Shown: positions 8,749 to 18,554 of the stretch, piece after piece | How the letters are laid out: each line of letters opens with the position of its first letter | Position numbering within the stretch: position 1 is the first letter of the stretch | Virus record (IMG/VR): IMGVR_UViG_3300045988_119743 | Strand: one strand, 5' to 3' | Length of the DNA: 64,000 nt | Source: a virus | Made by a program: the position numbers and the translations under genes | Notes under the pieces: model-generated | Database searches by the model: none | What the model was told of the DNA's origin: nothing | What the model saw: the letters and a program-made list of their open reading frames with translations, nothing else

Positions 8749-9603
8749 ATGAGCACAAGTAAAGAATACAAGGCAGTAAGGAACTATATATTAAATGAAC
8801 TTCACCTTACCAAAGAAGATATAATCAAAAACATAGAGCCATTATTGGAAAAACTCGTAAAACGGTACATGGTTAATACATATGGAGGTGACAACCAGAT
8901 AGAAAACTGGATCAGATGCATGGTGAATGATGAACTCAAACGAAGAGATCATGATTTTGTAAGAAAAGCGTGCGAGAGCGTCATCAGGAATCATGTATTA
9001 AATGAGTTGAATATAATCGTAAGATCCAAAAGTGAGAAATGTACATGTGAAAACAGAGTACCATCCGAAGAGGATAAGAAAGAGTCAACTGACGGACTGT
9101 ATATAATCTACAAAGACGGACATGCAGAGCCGTTTACCGGCGATAACTCCAAAGATTGTGTACGATACATTGGGTTGAAGCACAGATACATGTCATTTGC
9201 AATCTCACTGACGGAGCATGATATCATACAATTGCTTGACGATGATAGCCGTGAAGAATCCGGAAGTGGGACATATTACGAACGTGAATGTGATGCGCTG
9301 TTTGACATTGACGGATGCGGCAATACGGAACGCCTTGTAGCCAGAAATCCAAAATTGAGAAATCTGCTGGAAGATGGCGAGTATATACCATCTCTTGGTC
9401 AATTAAATTTAATGGCCCATTATATGGACGAACTAAACAAAGCATTCACTTATGTTTCGGCATCTCCCCTCTCCTCGACGTGGTATTGGTCCAGTACTGA
9501 GAGCAGCCAGGCCGTCGCGTGGTACGTGGTCTTCTCCAGTGGCCTCACGGGCACCGGCAACAAGCACATCGGAGACATGGTTCGGGCGGTAATTGATTTT
9601 TAA
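8749..9603 (+). CDS. hypothetical protein
   Basis: 284-aa ORF; the C-terminal ~45 codons lie in GC-rich island B (9462-9590). Confidence 0.5.
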   Translation: MSTSKEYKAVRNYILNELHLTKEDIIKNIEPLLEKLVKRYMVNTYGGDNQIENWIRCMVNDELKRRDHDFVRKACESVIRNHVLNELNIIVRSKSEKCTCENRVPSEEDKKESTDGLYIIYKDGHAEPFTGDNSKDCVRYIGLKHRYMSFAISLTEHDIIQLLDDDSREESGSGTYYERECDALFDIDGCGNTERLVARNPKLRNLLEDGEYIPSLGQLNLMAHYMDELNKAFTYVSASPLSSTWYWSSTESSQAVAWYVVFSSGLTGTGNKHIGDMVRAVIDF

Positions 9604-9944
9604 AAGGATTACAATGATAACATCAAGGTGATTATACACCACTTTACGCAAAAAAGCGTAAAACAATATACATTTGTATGAAACTTCATACTGGGTATCA
9701 CCAATACCCTCTACCGGTTGCTCGAAAGTGAGATCACCGGATTCTTTTACTAAACAAAACGTTTTTGATTTTACTTACCCAACGAATATTTTTTTAGGGT
9801 AAAACCTTATATCAAAGACCTCTTTTACCCAACCGTCTTGTCCAAAACAAGGGACTATATGATTCGATTGAGTAAAACAAAGTTAGAGAAGAAAAATATG
9901 AAATTAAATAACATCCGTATGTTTTATAACATAGCCAGTATAAA
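9604..9944. promoter_or_regulatory. Long structured intergenic region with hairpins at 9643-9662 (TTTACGC a6 GCGTAAA), 9693-9709 (GGGTAT cacca ATACCC) and 9797-9830 (GGGTAAAA...TTTTACCC)
   Basis: At 340 nt this is the longest non-coding gap in the plus-strand module; it contains several stem-loops and lies just upstream of the ABC ATPase gene. Confidence 0.35.
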
Positions 9945-10742
9945 ATGATATATAAAGTAAAAATAAAAGACAATACAAAAACTCCTTTTGAATATGCTTC
10001 TGACATAGAAGCGTTTGAAAATGGCAGAGAATTTATTTTCAAGCCAGGAGTGAATGTAATTATAGGTAAAAACGGTAGTGGAAAATCAACTTTGCTTAAC
10101 ATCATATCAATGTATGCGTTATGTGAGAAATCCATGTGTTCTGAAATACCGATCGAGGCACTGGATTTTCCACCTATATTTGATGATGATGACAAGGTTC
10201 TTGATGGGATTGACATATCATCCGATTATGCAGGGAAAGTATTCCGTTTATTGCCATCGGCGGAGATGAATCGAGATAGTGTATTGAAAAACATCAGCAA
10301 CTTAGATTTGTATGTGAATAATATTAGAAGATCTTATGGAGAGAAAGTGGTGTTATCATTGGAATCACTTTTCAATTTAATGTTCGGTCAAAAGGATTAT
10401 ACGTTTCCAATACAAGATCTTGTAGAATACAAGAAAAAATCAAATGCGTTTTGGATTAAAAGGATTGATAGTCTGTTGAAGTATTATAAAAGAAACCGCA
10501 TAACATTAGCAGAAAGCAGTTTTGAATACACGGTTCTCATGGATGAGCCAGACAGGAATCTTGACATTGACAATATAATGCAAATTTATAATGTATTATC
10601 ATTCCATAAACCACAAACACAAATTATAGCCATAATACACAATCCGGCATTGATTTACAAATTAAGCAAATTAGATTGTGTGAATTTCATAGAGATGACA
10701 GAAGGATATCTTAGTAAAACTTGTATATTTATGTCCAATTAA
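9945..10742 (+). CDS. compact ABC-type (AAA_15/AAA_21-like) ATPase
   Basis: Walker A GKNGSGKST; a signature-like SYGEKVVLSLESL; Walker B VLMDEPDRNLD; an H-loop-like IIAIIHNP. There is no nuclease or transmembrane domain in this 265-aa protein. Confidence 0.65.
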   Translation: MIYKVKIKDNTKTPFEYASDIEAFENGREFIFKPGVNVIIGKNGSGKSTLLNIISMYALCEKSMCSEIPIEALDFPPIFDDDDKVLDGIDISSDYAGKVFRLLPSAEMNRDSVLKNISNLDLYVNNIRRSYGEKVVLSLESLFNLMFGQKDYTFPIQDLVEYKKKSNAFWIKRIDSLLKYYKRNRITLAESSFEYTVLMDEPDRNLDIDNIMQIYNVLSFHKPQTQIIAIIHNPALIYKLSKLDCVNFIEMTEGYLSKTCIFMSN

Positions 10743-10754
10743 ATATTTTCAACA

Positions 10755-11138
10755 ATGAGCTATTTTGTATTAATGGGGAGAAGAATCCCAAAGCAGGCTA
10801 TAACAGGCTTTAAGTTCCAAAATGAAACAGATAATATTTGTCCTTTCCTGTCAATCAGGATAAGAGGGAAGGAGGAAATTATACCTTTCAAAGATAAAAA
10901 GGAGATACAGTCTGTAAAAGCGCATCTGTGTTCTGTCTTCTCCGGATTTGTGAAAATAGGCGACTGGTATCTCAAGATGTCGGAAATCAAGGAATATAAA
11001 CCGGTAACTGCCGAGGATATGAATCCCTACATTTTATTCAAAACATCTAAGTTTGGGAACATAAAAGTTCGTTTCCCAAAAGATGAAGATATGAATGCGG
11101 AATTATTGGTATTGGATCAACTTTTTGATGTGGAATGA
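10755..11138 (+). CDS. hypothetical protein, possible partner of the ATPase
   Basis: 127-aa ORF starting 12 nt after the ATPase stop. Confidence 0.45.
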   Translation: MSYFVLMGRRIPKQAITGFKFQNETDNICPFLSIRIRGKEEIIPFKDKKEIQSVKAHLCSVFSGFVKIGDWYLKMSEIKEYKPVTAEDMNPYILFKTSKFGNIKVRFPKDEDMNAELLVLDQLFDVE

Positions 11139-11167
11139 ATTAGTAATCACCTTTTATAAATCAAGCT

Positions 11168-11419
11168 ATGACCTGGAAAGAATTGAAAGACAAAATATCT
11201 CTTATGACAGAAGAAGAGCAACAGCAAGAAGTTGCAGTTTGGGGAGAATATCTGAATTTGATGAAAGATTGCTCCTTGGAGAAAACAAATGAGAATATGT
11301 ACTACAACTCTGAATGGGATTATACTCGTGAAGAGAGTGAATTGGAACCGGAAGACAAGAATGACCCTGATGTACATAAGGTATATGAAGCAGGAATGCA
11401 TTATATTTATTCAAATTGA
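11168..11419 (+). CDS. hypothetical acidic small protein
   Basis: 83-aa, E/D-rich. Confidence 0.35.
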   Translation: MTWKELKDKISLMTEEEQQQEVAVWGEYLNLMKDCSLEKTNENMYYNSEWDYTREESELEPEDKNDPDVHKVYEAGMHYIYSN

Positions 11420-11437
11420 TTTTAAAAAGATCTGATT

Positions 11438-12184
11438 ATGGCAGCATTAACAACACTAAATATAACGGAAAAGAATGCTAACAACAGTTTATCTGTAACT
11501 GCTAAAGTGAATGTCACCAAAGAAGGGGTGCTTACCACTACTTTATCAAAAGAAGATGTGGATAAGATTCATTCTTATGGGATCAAATTACCTACAAACA
11601 GATTAGGCAATGAAGGATATTTTAATAGTATAGCACTTTCTGATTTGGAAAGTCAAATCAGGGAAGTTTTAAAGAGATGTTTGAGTTATAAAATAGTAGA
11701 AGAAGTGCCTATTATTAAGTATCAACTGGAAACGAATTGCATGTTTTCCTATGACAAAAACGGAAATATTGTCCCTAACCCCTCTAAGGAATGGACAGGA
11801 GGCGATGAAAATGGGAAATGGAGGGATGGAACTTCCCGTTTAGATGCCTTAAACACCCAACCTTTCGGTTTTAGTGTTTATGCAAAACCATTTCTAAAAA
11901 GAGTAATTGAATATGGAAATGGAGAGACAAAAGTAGAATACAGCAGGTTAAATACAGAAAAAGGAACCTATGCGCACTGGCTGAATTGTGTAGCAGGTAT
12001 GTCATACAATCGATATAAGCCGGTAATGGAAGTGGAATGCAACGAATGCACCTCAAAATTATTCGTTGATATGATCAAGTCCATTTGTAATATAAGCGAA
12101 CAAGTCAAGAGTTTTATCAATCCAGAACAAATAAAAGCAATTGCGGAGTCAAATGAACCGATTTTGCTTTTATCTAACAACTGA
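11438..12184 (+). CDS. hypothetical protein
   Basis: 248-aa ORF. Confidence 0.5.
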   Translation: MAALTTLNITEKNANNSLSVTAKVNVTKEGVLTTTLSKEDVDKIHSYGIKLPTNRLGNEGYFNSIALSDLESQIREVLKRCLSYKIVEEVPIIKYQLETNCMFSYDKNGNIVPNPSKEWTGGDENGKWRDGTSRLDALNTQPFGFSVYAKPFLKRVIEYGNGETKVEYSRLNTEKGTYAHWLNCVAGMSYNRYKPVMEVECNECTSKLFVDMIKSICNISEQVKSFINPEQIKAIAESNEPILLLSNN

Positions 12185-12629
12185 AAAATCATGAGGTATG
12201 TATGTGTTTTTATCTGCTTTCTGTTATGGCTTATTTTTACGTTGTTATTATCATTCACTGTCATAGGATTGGTTATAAGCGTGAGTGATGAATGGCAGGA
12301 AATGGGTGACAAAATAATAGATAAACTTTAATAAAATATGAATAAGAATATAATCAACAACGCTCAACTTTTAGAGATTAAAACTAAGATTAGACAACTT
12401 GGAGCAATGATGAATGCATATCAATGCAGGTTTGTGGTTTCTTCGGGTCAATTGTTTTTTTTGTGGATGATGAATATGCTGGAACGGTTAAACTGACTAA
12501 TCTTGATAATGGAGAATCTAACATATCATTCCCTTCATGTGACGATGGATTGATAATCAATCCAGCCGATAAGCATATTAAATAATTTCAAAACTAAAAA
12601 TATTTAAATTAATTAAACAATAATAAGAC

Positions 12630-12881
12630 ATGAAACAAGATATAGAATATGCTGTTCCTCTTTTTAAAGCTGGTGCAGAATGGCGCATTAACAGCGTGTG
12701 GCACGATGCAAGAGAAAAGCCAGACAAAGGGAAGCTGCTCATTGTGGAGGATATTGACGGTGCTTATGATTTGGTCTATTTAACCAAGAGCAAGCCATGG
12801 GAAGAACTTTCAGAAAAGGATCATTATATGCGCTGGGCATACATCGAGGACTTGCTCCCATGCGAAAAAGAAAGGGGGTGA
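12630..12881 (+). CDS. hypothetical small protein
   Basis: 83-aa ORF. Confidence 0.35.
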   Translation: MKQDIEYAVPLFKAGAEWRINSVWHDAREKPDKGKLLIVEDIDGAYDLVYLTKSKPWEELSEKDHYMRWAYIEDLLPCEKERG

Positions 12882-12883
12882 TA

Positions 12884-13132
12884 ATGAATAAAAAATTAAG
12901 AAATGCCATAAAGAAAGCAGAAAACAAACAAAACGAAGCGGACCTTGCACTGCAATCCATTTGGAAACATCTTGCTTTCTCAGGATTTAGAGATAATGAG
13001 CCTAATTTGAGCATGGCTTCAGGAAATGAAATCATACTTGAATGGAACGGTTCAGAAATGAATGCGAATGAGATTATAGACCGTATGGAATCAGTAGGAT
13101 ATATAACTCCCGATGATTTTATTGGAGGTTAG
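12884..13132 (+). CDS. hypothetical small protein
   Basis: Uses the ATG at 12884 (MNKKLRNAIKK...), 2 nt after the upstream stop. The track start at 12797 would overlap the previous gene by 85 nt. Confidence 0.35.
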   Translation: MNKKLRNAIKKAENKQNEADLALQSIWKHLAFSGFRDNEPNLSMASGNEIILEWNGSEMNANEIIDRMESVGYITPDDFIGG

Positions 13133-13252
13133 ATTAAAGTATAAAATTATGAAAAGAGAAGATATTGAAAAAGCAGCAAAGATTTATCAAGAACAAGAAA
13201 AAGATCATGATATCTGGGCAGGTAAAGACTTAAGAAGAAAATATGAAAGGTT

Positions 13253-13456
13253 ATGACCGACAGAGAACTTCTTGAAGAAAACAATAAGATGTTAAAGGAA
13301 ATTCTAAGTTTTGTGAGAAAAGTTGATTCTGCTGAATACAGGGATCATCAAGACTTTATGGAATTTCTTAGAAATGTGGCAGCCGATATATGGGTTGAAT
13401 ATACGGAGCCCGAACAAAGAGGTAGATTGTTTAATTTAATAAATAAAAAGAAATGA
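13253..13456 (+). CDS. hypothetical small protein
   Basis: 67 aa; ATGA overlap with the next gene. Confidence 0.35.
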   Translation: MTDRELLEENNKMLKEILSFVRKVDSAEYRDHQDFMEFLRNVAADIWVEYTEPEQRGRLFNLINKKK

Positions 13457-14121
13457 AAACAGTTTTTGATTTAAGCAGAGATGAGATTGTGTCATTGACA
13501 TGCAAAGAGATATATCTGTATATAGACAAAGAGCTTGCTGGTAAAGGTATTCCAATTGAAGCTAAAAACTGGAATATAAAGAACAAAAAAGAAGTCGTGT
13601 ATCCAAGAACTGGAGTTCCAGTATTTATGTTAAAAGATATCGGCATCGGTTTTAGAACCATAGAAGGTGCAACAGAGGTGGCTAATTTGCTTATTAAATA
13701 TAATGCATTTAAAATGGAATCAAAGTTTCTGATAGGATCGTATGAGCAGTTTTGGATCATAAATGGAAGTGTTTGCCCAGCCATTACAGGAGAAGCGGGA
13801 TATAGCAAGGAAGAGTTTGATAAGGTAAACAAGGAAAACAAAGATCCAGAATTGGAAAGTATAAATTCTTTCAATGATACTGTGAAAAAAGCCAATGAAA
13901 TCAAAGACAGGGTATTGAAATACGTGTACAACATAAAACAAGAACGTTCATACAACAATGACCTGGTTGGTATCTTTGAAAGGTATAAAGATATAGCAGA
14001 CGGTGACATGGAGGTAGCTATGAATTTTATCAAGGAGGCCTATCCATTCAATGAAGAAACAGAGTCGTTTATCAGAAAAAAGTTTGACATGCCTATACCG
14101 GACGAATCAAAAGAGCAGTAA
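13453..14121 (+). CDS. hypothetical protein
   Basis: 222-aa ORF. Confidence 0.5.
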   Translation: MKTVFDLSRDEIVSLTCKEIYLYIDKELAGKGIPIEAKNWNIKNKKEVVYPRTGVPVFMLKDIGIGFRTIEGATEVANLLIKYNAFKMESKFLIGSYEQFWIINGSVCPAITGEAGYSKEEFDKVNKENKDPELESINSFNDTVKKANEIKDRVLKYVYNIKQERSYNNDLVGIFERYKDIADGDMEVAMNFIKEAYPFNEETESFIRKKFDMPIPDESKEQ

Positions 14122-14141
14122 TTAAGCTAAATTAAATCATT

Positions 14142-14450
14142 TTGAATCTTTTTTATTATCAAAAGACATATCTTTGTCCAAAAAAAACAAACAGAATGGA
14201 AGAAAAAGAGATAAAAGAAGCTATGATTGAAGCCCTGACGCACTTAGAGGGGTGTAAGTATTTCGTGGCTACGATAGTAAATGAAGAGGAAAGAAGATTT
14301 GATATGAGCCAAAGAATGTCACAGCATCAATTGGCGTTAGTTATAAAAGGTATCTTATCTAATAATGAGATGATGATGATGGACGTTTTGCAGTGGTGTT
14401 CTGAAAGATTTAAAAATAGTATAGAGAAAGGAAAGAAATCAACTAATTAA
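14142..14450 (+). CDS. hypothetical small protein
   Basis: 102-aa ORF; an internal start at MEEKEIKE is also possible. Confidence 0.4.
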   Translation: MNLFYYQKTYLCPKKTNRMEEKEIKEAMIEALTHLEGCKYFVATIVNEEERRFDMSQRMSQHQLALVIKGILSNNEMMMMDVLQWCSERFKNSIEKGKKSTN

Positions 14451-14461
14451 ATATTAATACA

Positions 14462-14932
14462 ATGAATCGCTGGTTTGAAATTACGGTAAAAGCCGAGATT
14501 GATAATATCGAGAACGGCAAAAAAAAGAAAGTAACTGAAAAGTATTTGGTGGATGCCTTGTCTTATACAGAGGCAGAATCAAGATCGTTGGAGATCTTTA
14601 AGGATTTGTACAATTCTTTCGAGGTTGTAAAAATTAACCCTATTAAAGTGTCAGAAATCTTTTTCAACGGAGAAGCTGAGTACTGGTATAAGTGCAAGGT
14701 GAATTACATTACACTGAATGAAAAGAAAGGTAAAGAAAAGAAAACGCCATGCTATATGTATGTCCAAGCCGGCAATCCTAAAGACGCCGAAGCTGTGTTG
14801 ACTAAAGGTATGCAGGGTACGTTGGGAGACTGGAATTGCGAGTCTATTGCTGAAACAAAGATCATTGAAGTGTTTAAATACGATCTGCAAAAAGGTGTAG
14901 AAAAATTGGGAGAAAAGAAAACTGATGAGTGA
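14462..14932 (+). CDS. hypothetical protein
   Basis: 156-aa ORF. Confidence 0.5.
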   Translation: MNRWFEITVKAEIDNIENGKKKKVTEKYLVDALSYTEAESRSLEIFKDLYNSFEVVKINPIKVSEIFFNGEAEYWYKCKVNYITLNEKKGKEKKTPCYMYVQAGNPKDAEAVLTKGMQGTLGDWNCESIAETKIIEVFKYDLQKGVEKLGEKKTDE

Positions 14933-15155
14933 TGTTGTTTCCCGTGTAGCACTTGCGACGGCAATTGTATTATTGGTAGTAGCAGGTGCTACTTTGTTGA
15001 TAGTGATTAAGACCGAAGAAGTACCGAGATGGTTAATGAACTTACCATATACGTTATCTTTAACGGCAGTATCCTTTTCAATTATATCACTTGTATTGAA
15101 ATATAGAGAGTGGAAAAGAAATTGTACGTCTGCGAAAGATGCGGACGAAAAGTGA
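14925..15155 (+). CDS. small membrane protein
   Basis: 76 aa with two hydrophobic helices (VALATAIVLLVVAGATLLIVI; LTAVSFSIISLVL). Confidence 0.35.
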   Translation: MSDVVSRVALATAIVLLVVAGATLLIVIKTEEVPRWLMNLPYTLSLTAVSFSIISLVLKYREWKRNCTSAKDADEK

Positions 15156-15628
15156 TGATAAGAAGTCATGGCTTATGCCAGGCTTGCAGGAGTAAAGAGT
15201 TAACTCCGAAGAAAAAAGACAGAATTACATCCATTAAAAACAGCAGCAAGAAGAAAAAGTTAGAGAACCCGGATTTATCCGGGTTTTTTCGTCTTATGCT
15301 GGAAGAGTTAAATAATAGTCGGATGTCTATGACCGGTAAGGCTATTCATTTTCCTACAGTATGTAACGTCTGTCACATACTTCCGAAAAGGATATATAAG
15401 TCAGTTGCTACTTGCAGGGATAATATAGTTTTCCTTCATGAATCGGAGCATACGGTATTCGACATGTATCTTGACCGGATGGAATTTGATAAACTTGAAA
15501 CAGAATTTCCTTTTGTGTGGAAGTATGCGGTAAAGAAGGTACTGGATATGGAAAGCAGAGGAATGATCAAGGAAAGAGGTAGGTTGATTATTGAAATAAT
15601 TGATAGGTATGATAGAAGAAAAGATTAA
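15110..15628 (+). CDS. zinc-ribbon protein, possibly an HNH-like nuclease
   Basis: CERCGRK...CQAC at the N-terminus; CNVCHILPK...N...H downstream weakly resembles HNH. Confidence 0.4.
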   Translation: MEKKLYVCERCGRKVMIRSHGLCQACRSKELTPKKKDRITSIKNSSKKKKLENPDLSGFFRLMLEELNNSRMSMTGKAIHFPTVCNVCHILPKRIYKSVATCRDNIVFLHESEHTVFDMYLDRMEFDKLETEFPFVWKYAVKKVLDMESRGMIKERGRLIIEIIDRYDRRKD

Positions 15629-16928
15629 AATATTAATAGATTTAGGGTTTGTACCTATGGTGAAAGGAGAGGGAAATACGTTGTTTAGAATGAACGATGT
15701 TGTGATGTCGGTGTCAGATCCTAACCAAACACCAGAGCAGTTGAAGAAGGAGGTTATGTCTTTAATAAAGAACAGAGACATAGCAGAAAGAGGCGGACAG
15801 GTTCCAGTAGTTAAAGAGCCGGCGCCTGAGCCAGAGCCGGTCCAGAAGGAGGAACCGGAAGCTCAGGCGGAGGAAGCCGCTCCTAACCCTGGAGAAGAAG
15901 ATTCGAATCCGTTTACAGAAAATCAGGAAACATTAGAGCCGTTTTATATCTGTGATGAGTTAAAGAAGATTGAGACCCCCAAATTCGTAAGATTGACATT
16001 AGACGATAATCGTTTTTATGTAAGAAAGATGGATGATGGGACGGCTAAGATATATGCTTCGGTAACAACTTTAATCAAAGATGGGTATGTAGATGATAAG
16101 ACAGCACTTCAGGAATGGAAGCAAGAGATAAAGATGCTTGGTCGCAATCCAGAAGAGGTAGCGCAGTATGAAGCCGATAAGGGAACGATCATGCACTACT
16201 TATACGGATTGTACCTAACAGGTAGAGATATGGTCTTAAATCGAAGCTTTGTGGTTAAGACAGTGCAAGAAGGCAAGCTGAAGATATCTAAGAAAAATCT
16301 TGATCGGTTCTTTAATAGCATAGATGATCTTGACGATATGATTGTCAGGGTCATGAAGTTTGCCAAATTCTGTTCTGATTACAAGGTGAAACCGATGATG
16401 ATAGAAAGAATCCTTTCTTTAGAGGATTACCTTGTAGCAACACCTATTGATGCGATGGTTAAAATGACATTCAAATACAAAGAAGAAGGTTATTTTGGAG
16501 CCGTGTATCAAAGGGCTACCGGACAGTTCAAAAAAGGTGATCCGAAGAAGGAAGTAAGAGAAGTGGAAAAAGAAGAAGTGGTCATTCTTGACTTTAAATC
16601 GGGAGGAATATGGGAATCATATGCATTCCAATTGGAAGCTGAAAGAAGAATGGTTAAAGCATGGTATGGCATTGATGCACGTATTATGAACTTTTCTCCA
16701 AAAAGCACGAGCAGTAAAGGATATACGCTGAAAGAATGGACAGAAGACAGTGTAGCACTTGAAAAGGCGGACTGTGTGTTCCAACAAGGTATGTTGAATC
16801 ACCTTAGAAAAGATAAGAAATTCAAAGTGAGAAAAGGAGTGTTGAATATCAATAAACCATACAATGAAGAGGATCATACGGTTGTATATGATATTGCAGA
16901 GGAAATATCTAAAAGGTTCATGATATAA
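15600..16928 (+). CDS. PD-(D/E)XK (RecB-family) nuclease-domain protein, putative recombination exonuclease
   Basis: C-terminal TPIDAMV...VVILDFKSGG matches the G.ID.../hhDaK(T/S)G motifs. The N-terminal part carries a Pro/Glu-rich linker. Confidence 0.45.
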   Translation: MIGMIEEKIKILIDLGFVPMVKGEGNTLFRMNDVVMSVSDPNQTPEQLKKEVMSLIKNRDIAERGGQVPVVKEPAPEPEPVQKEEPEAQAEEAAPNPGEEDSNPFTENQETLEPFYICDELKKIETPKFVRLTLDDNRFYVRKMDDGTAKIYASVTTLIKDGYVDDKTALQEWKQEIKMLGRNPEEVAQYEADKGTIMHYLYGLYLTGRDMVLNRSFVVKTVQEGKLKISKKNLDRFFNSIDDLDDMIVRVMKFAKFCSDYKVKPMMIERILSLEDYLVATPIDAMVKMTFKYKEEGYFGAVYQRATGQFKKGDPKKEVREVEKEEVVILDFKSGGIWESYAFQLEAERRMVKAWYGIDARIMNFSPKSTSSKGYTLKEWTEDSVALEKADCVFQQGMLNHLRKDKKFKVRKGVLNINKPYNEEDHTVVYDIAEEISKRFMI

Positions 16929-16950
16929 AAAGCAATGAGAGGAGCTAAGG

Positions 16951-17964
16951 ATGCTTGATTTTAGAAAATACGAAAACGTACCTCGGTTTCAACTTGACCG
17001 CAGGCCTGGCAGGAGCCGACTGAAGCTAACCTGCCCGGCTTGCGGGAAAAGCCGGTGCCTTACCCCTTATATTGATGTGGCGACCGGTCAGGTCGTTGGC
17101 AATGAGTTTGGAAGATGCGATCATGAACGAACTTGCGGTTATGATAAACGACCTACCGGCAAGGATGTAGGTGACAAAGATCTTTGGATTTCGGGAAATA
17201 AGTGCATAAGAGCTTATCGTCCTCCTGTAAATCCTGACGTTGTAAATTACATACCTTTTAGCGAGTTTGAGAGGACTGTAGTTCCAGACGATAGAAACAC
17301 CGTATTTAGATTTTTATCGTCTCTATGGGGAAAAGAAAGGGTATCTGACGTATTTAGAAGGTATCATGTTGGAACAATGGACTTATGGGGATGGAAAGGG
17401 TGTTGTATATTCTGGCAGATAGATAAGGACTTTGTATGCAGAACCGGCAAGATTATGGATTTTTATATAAAGACCGACAGCCAGGGGAATGAGATTGATG
17501 TAAAAAGAGTGAAGGAAAAAGACGGTGACAATGAGCGACCTCATGTCATGTTTTATCACTCGTTGCATGCAAGAGACTTCTTGTTTAGACAATGCCTGTT
17601 TGGAGAACATCTTCTAAGCCAGTATCCAGATAAGGTAGTTAATTTGGTGGAGTCAGAAAAGACGGCTATTATATGCGCCGTGAATAAACCAGATGAGTTG
17701 TTTGTAGCTACCGGTGGGTTGCAGAACTTAAGACCGGAAGTGATAGATGTTTTAAAAGATAGAAAGACTGTAGCTTTTCCGGACAAAGGACAAGCATTTG
17801 ACACATGGAGTAAAAAGATAGATGGGATGATGATGAAGTCAAGGATAAAAGTATCGGACTATCTTCAGAGTGTTGAGAATGTAGGGGACGGAGATGATGT
17901 GGCAGATTTGATAATTAATAACAAAGTAAAAGAGAAATATTATGAGCCTGGACGTTTATATTAA
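16951..17964 (+). CDS. DNA primase (zinc finger + Toprim-like)
   Basis: TCPACGKSRC...GRCDHERTCGYD zinc-binding module; a Toprim-like VVNLVESEKTAIICA...TVAFPDKGQAFD. Lies next to the replicative helicase gene. Confidence 0.55.
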   Translation: MLDFRKYENVPRFQLDRRPGRSRLKLTCPACGKSRCLTPYIDVATGQVVGNEFGRCDHERTCGYDKRPTGKDVGDKDLWISGNKCIRAYRPPVNPDVVNYIPFSEFERTVVPDDRNTVFRFLSSLWGKERVSDVFRRYHVGTMDLWGWKGCCIFWQIDKDFVCRTGKIMDFYIKTDSQGNEIDVKRVKEKDGDNERPHVMFYHSLHARDFLFRQCLFGEHLLSQYPDKVVNLVESEKTAIICAVNKPDELFVATGGLQNLRPEVIDVLKDRKTVAFPDKGQAFDTWSKKIDGMMMKSRIKVSDYLQSVENVGDGDDVADLIINNKVKEKYYEPGRLY

Positions 17965-18295
17965 GAGCAAGAAGAAAGAAGAGGATCGTAAATGGGTTGC
18001 AAACATCACCCACAACATGAACAAGATGGCACAAAAAATATTCGTATCAGAAAACAAAGAAACACTATACGATTATGTTTGGAGACCGGAAGAATTGGGC
18101 AGGGAAATAGATACTAAGGAGATGGTGAAGATACTCACAAAAGGTATATATATTATGATCTCCAAGAGAAAGAGTCTTTTGAGATACGAACCAGAAAACG
18201 GATGGGGGTCTTATGATTCATTTCTTAAGTTTCTTATCGAATATAAAGAGGCATGTGAAGATCATCCGGGTTATATAATTGAAGCAAGTAGATAA
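17942..18295 (+). CDS. hypothetical protein
   Basis: 117-aa ORF. Confidence 0.4.
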   Translation: MSLDVYIKSKKKEEDRKWVANITHNMNKMAQKIFVSENKETLYDYVWRPEELGREIDTKEMVKILTKGIYIMISKRKSLLRYEPENGWGSYDSFLKFLIEYKEACEDHPGYIIEASR

Positions 18296-18554
18296 TATGG
18301 AAAATTATAAAAATACTTTAAATGAGGTAGTGGTGATCGAATCGTCACCAGAAACATATTTTGTTTACGCTATTCGTAATGCTATTCGTATCTTTAAATG
18401 TGCGTATCCGACAGCCAAGAAAGTAATTTTCAAAAGAGAGGACGTAGAGGTAGAGATCTCAGAAATGGAAACTGAAAGCAGTTTGTATGAAAAGTTTAAA
18501 GAAAAACAAAAGAATAGGGTATGGAACTTAATGAGCGCCAACAACGGGTTTTAA
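18279..18554 (+). CDS. hypothetical small protein
   Basis: 91-aa ORF. Confidence 0.35.
   Translation: MKQVDNMENYKNTLNEVVVIESSPETYFVYAIRNAIRIFKCAYPTAKKVIFKREDVEVEISEMETESSLYEKFKEKQKNRVWNLMSANNGF

Noticed and set aside
13431-14033. 200-aa minus-strand ORF overlapping plus gene 13453-14121
   Set aside because: All neighbouring genes are on the plus strand with tight spacing, and its translation is Ser/Leu/Phe-rich frame junk.
14651-15169. 172-aa minus-strand ORF overlapping two plus-strand genes
   Set aside because: It is antisense to a co-directional plus-strand gene series; no motifs.
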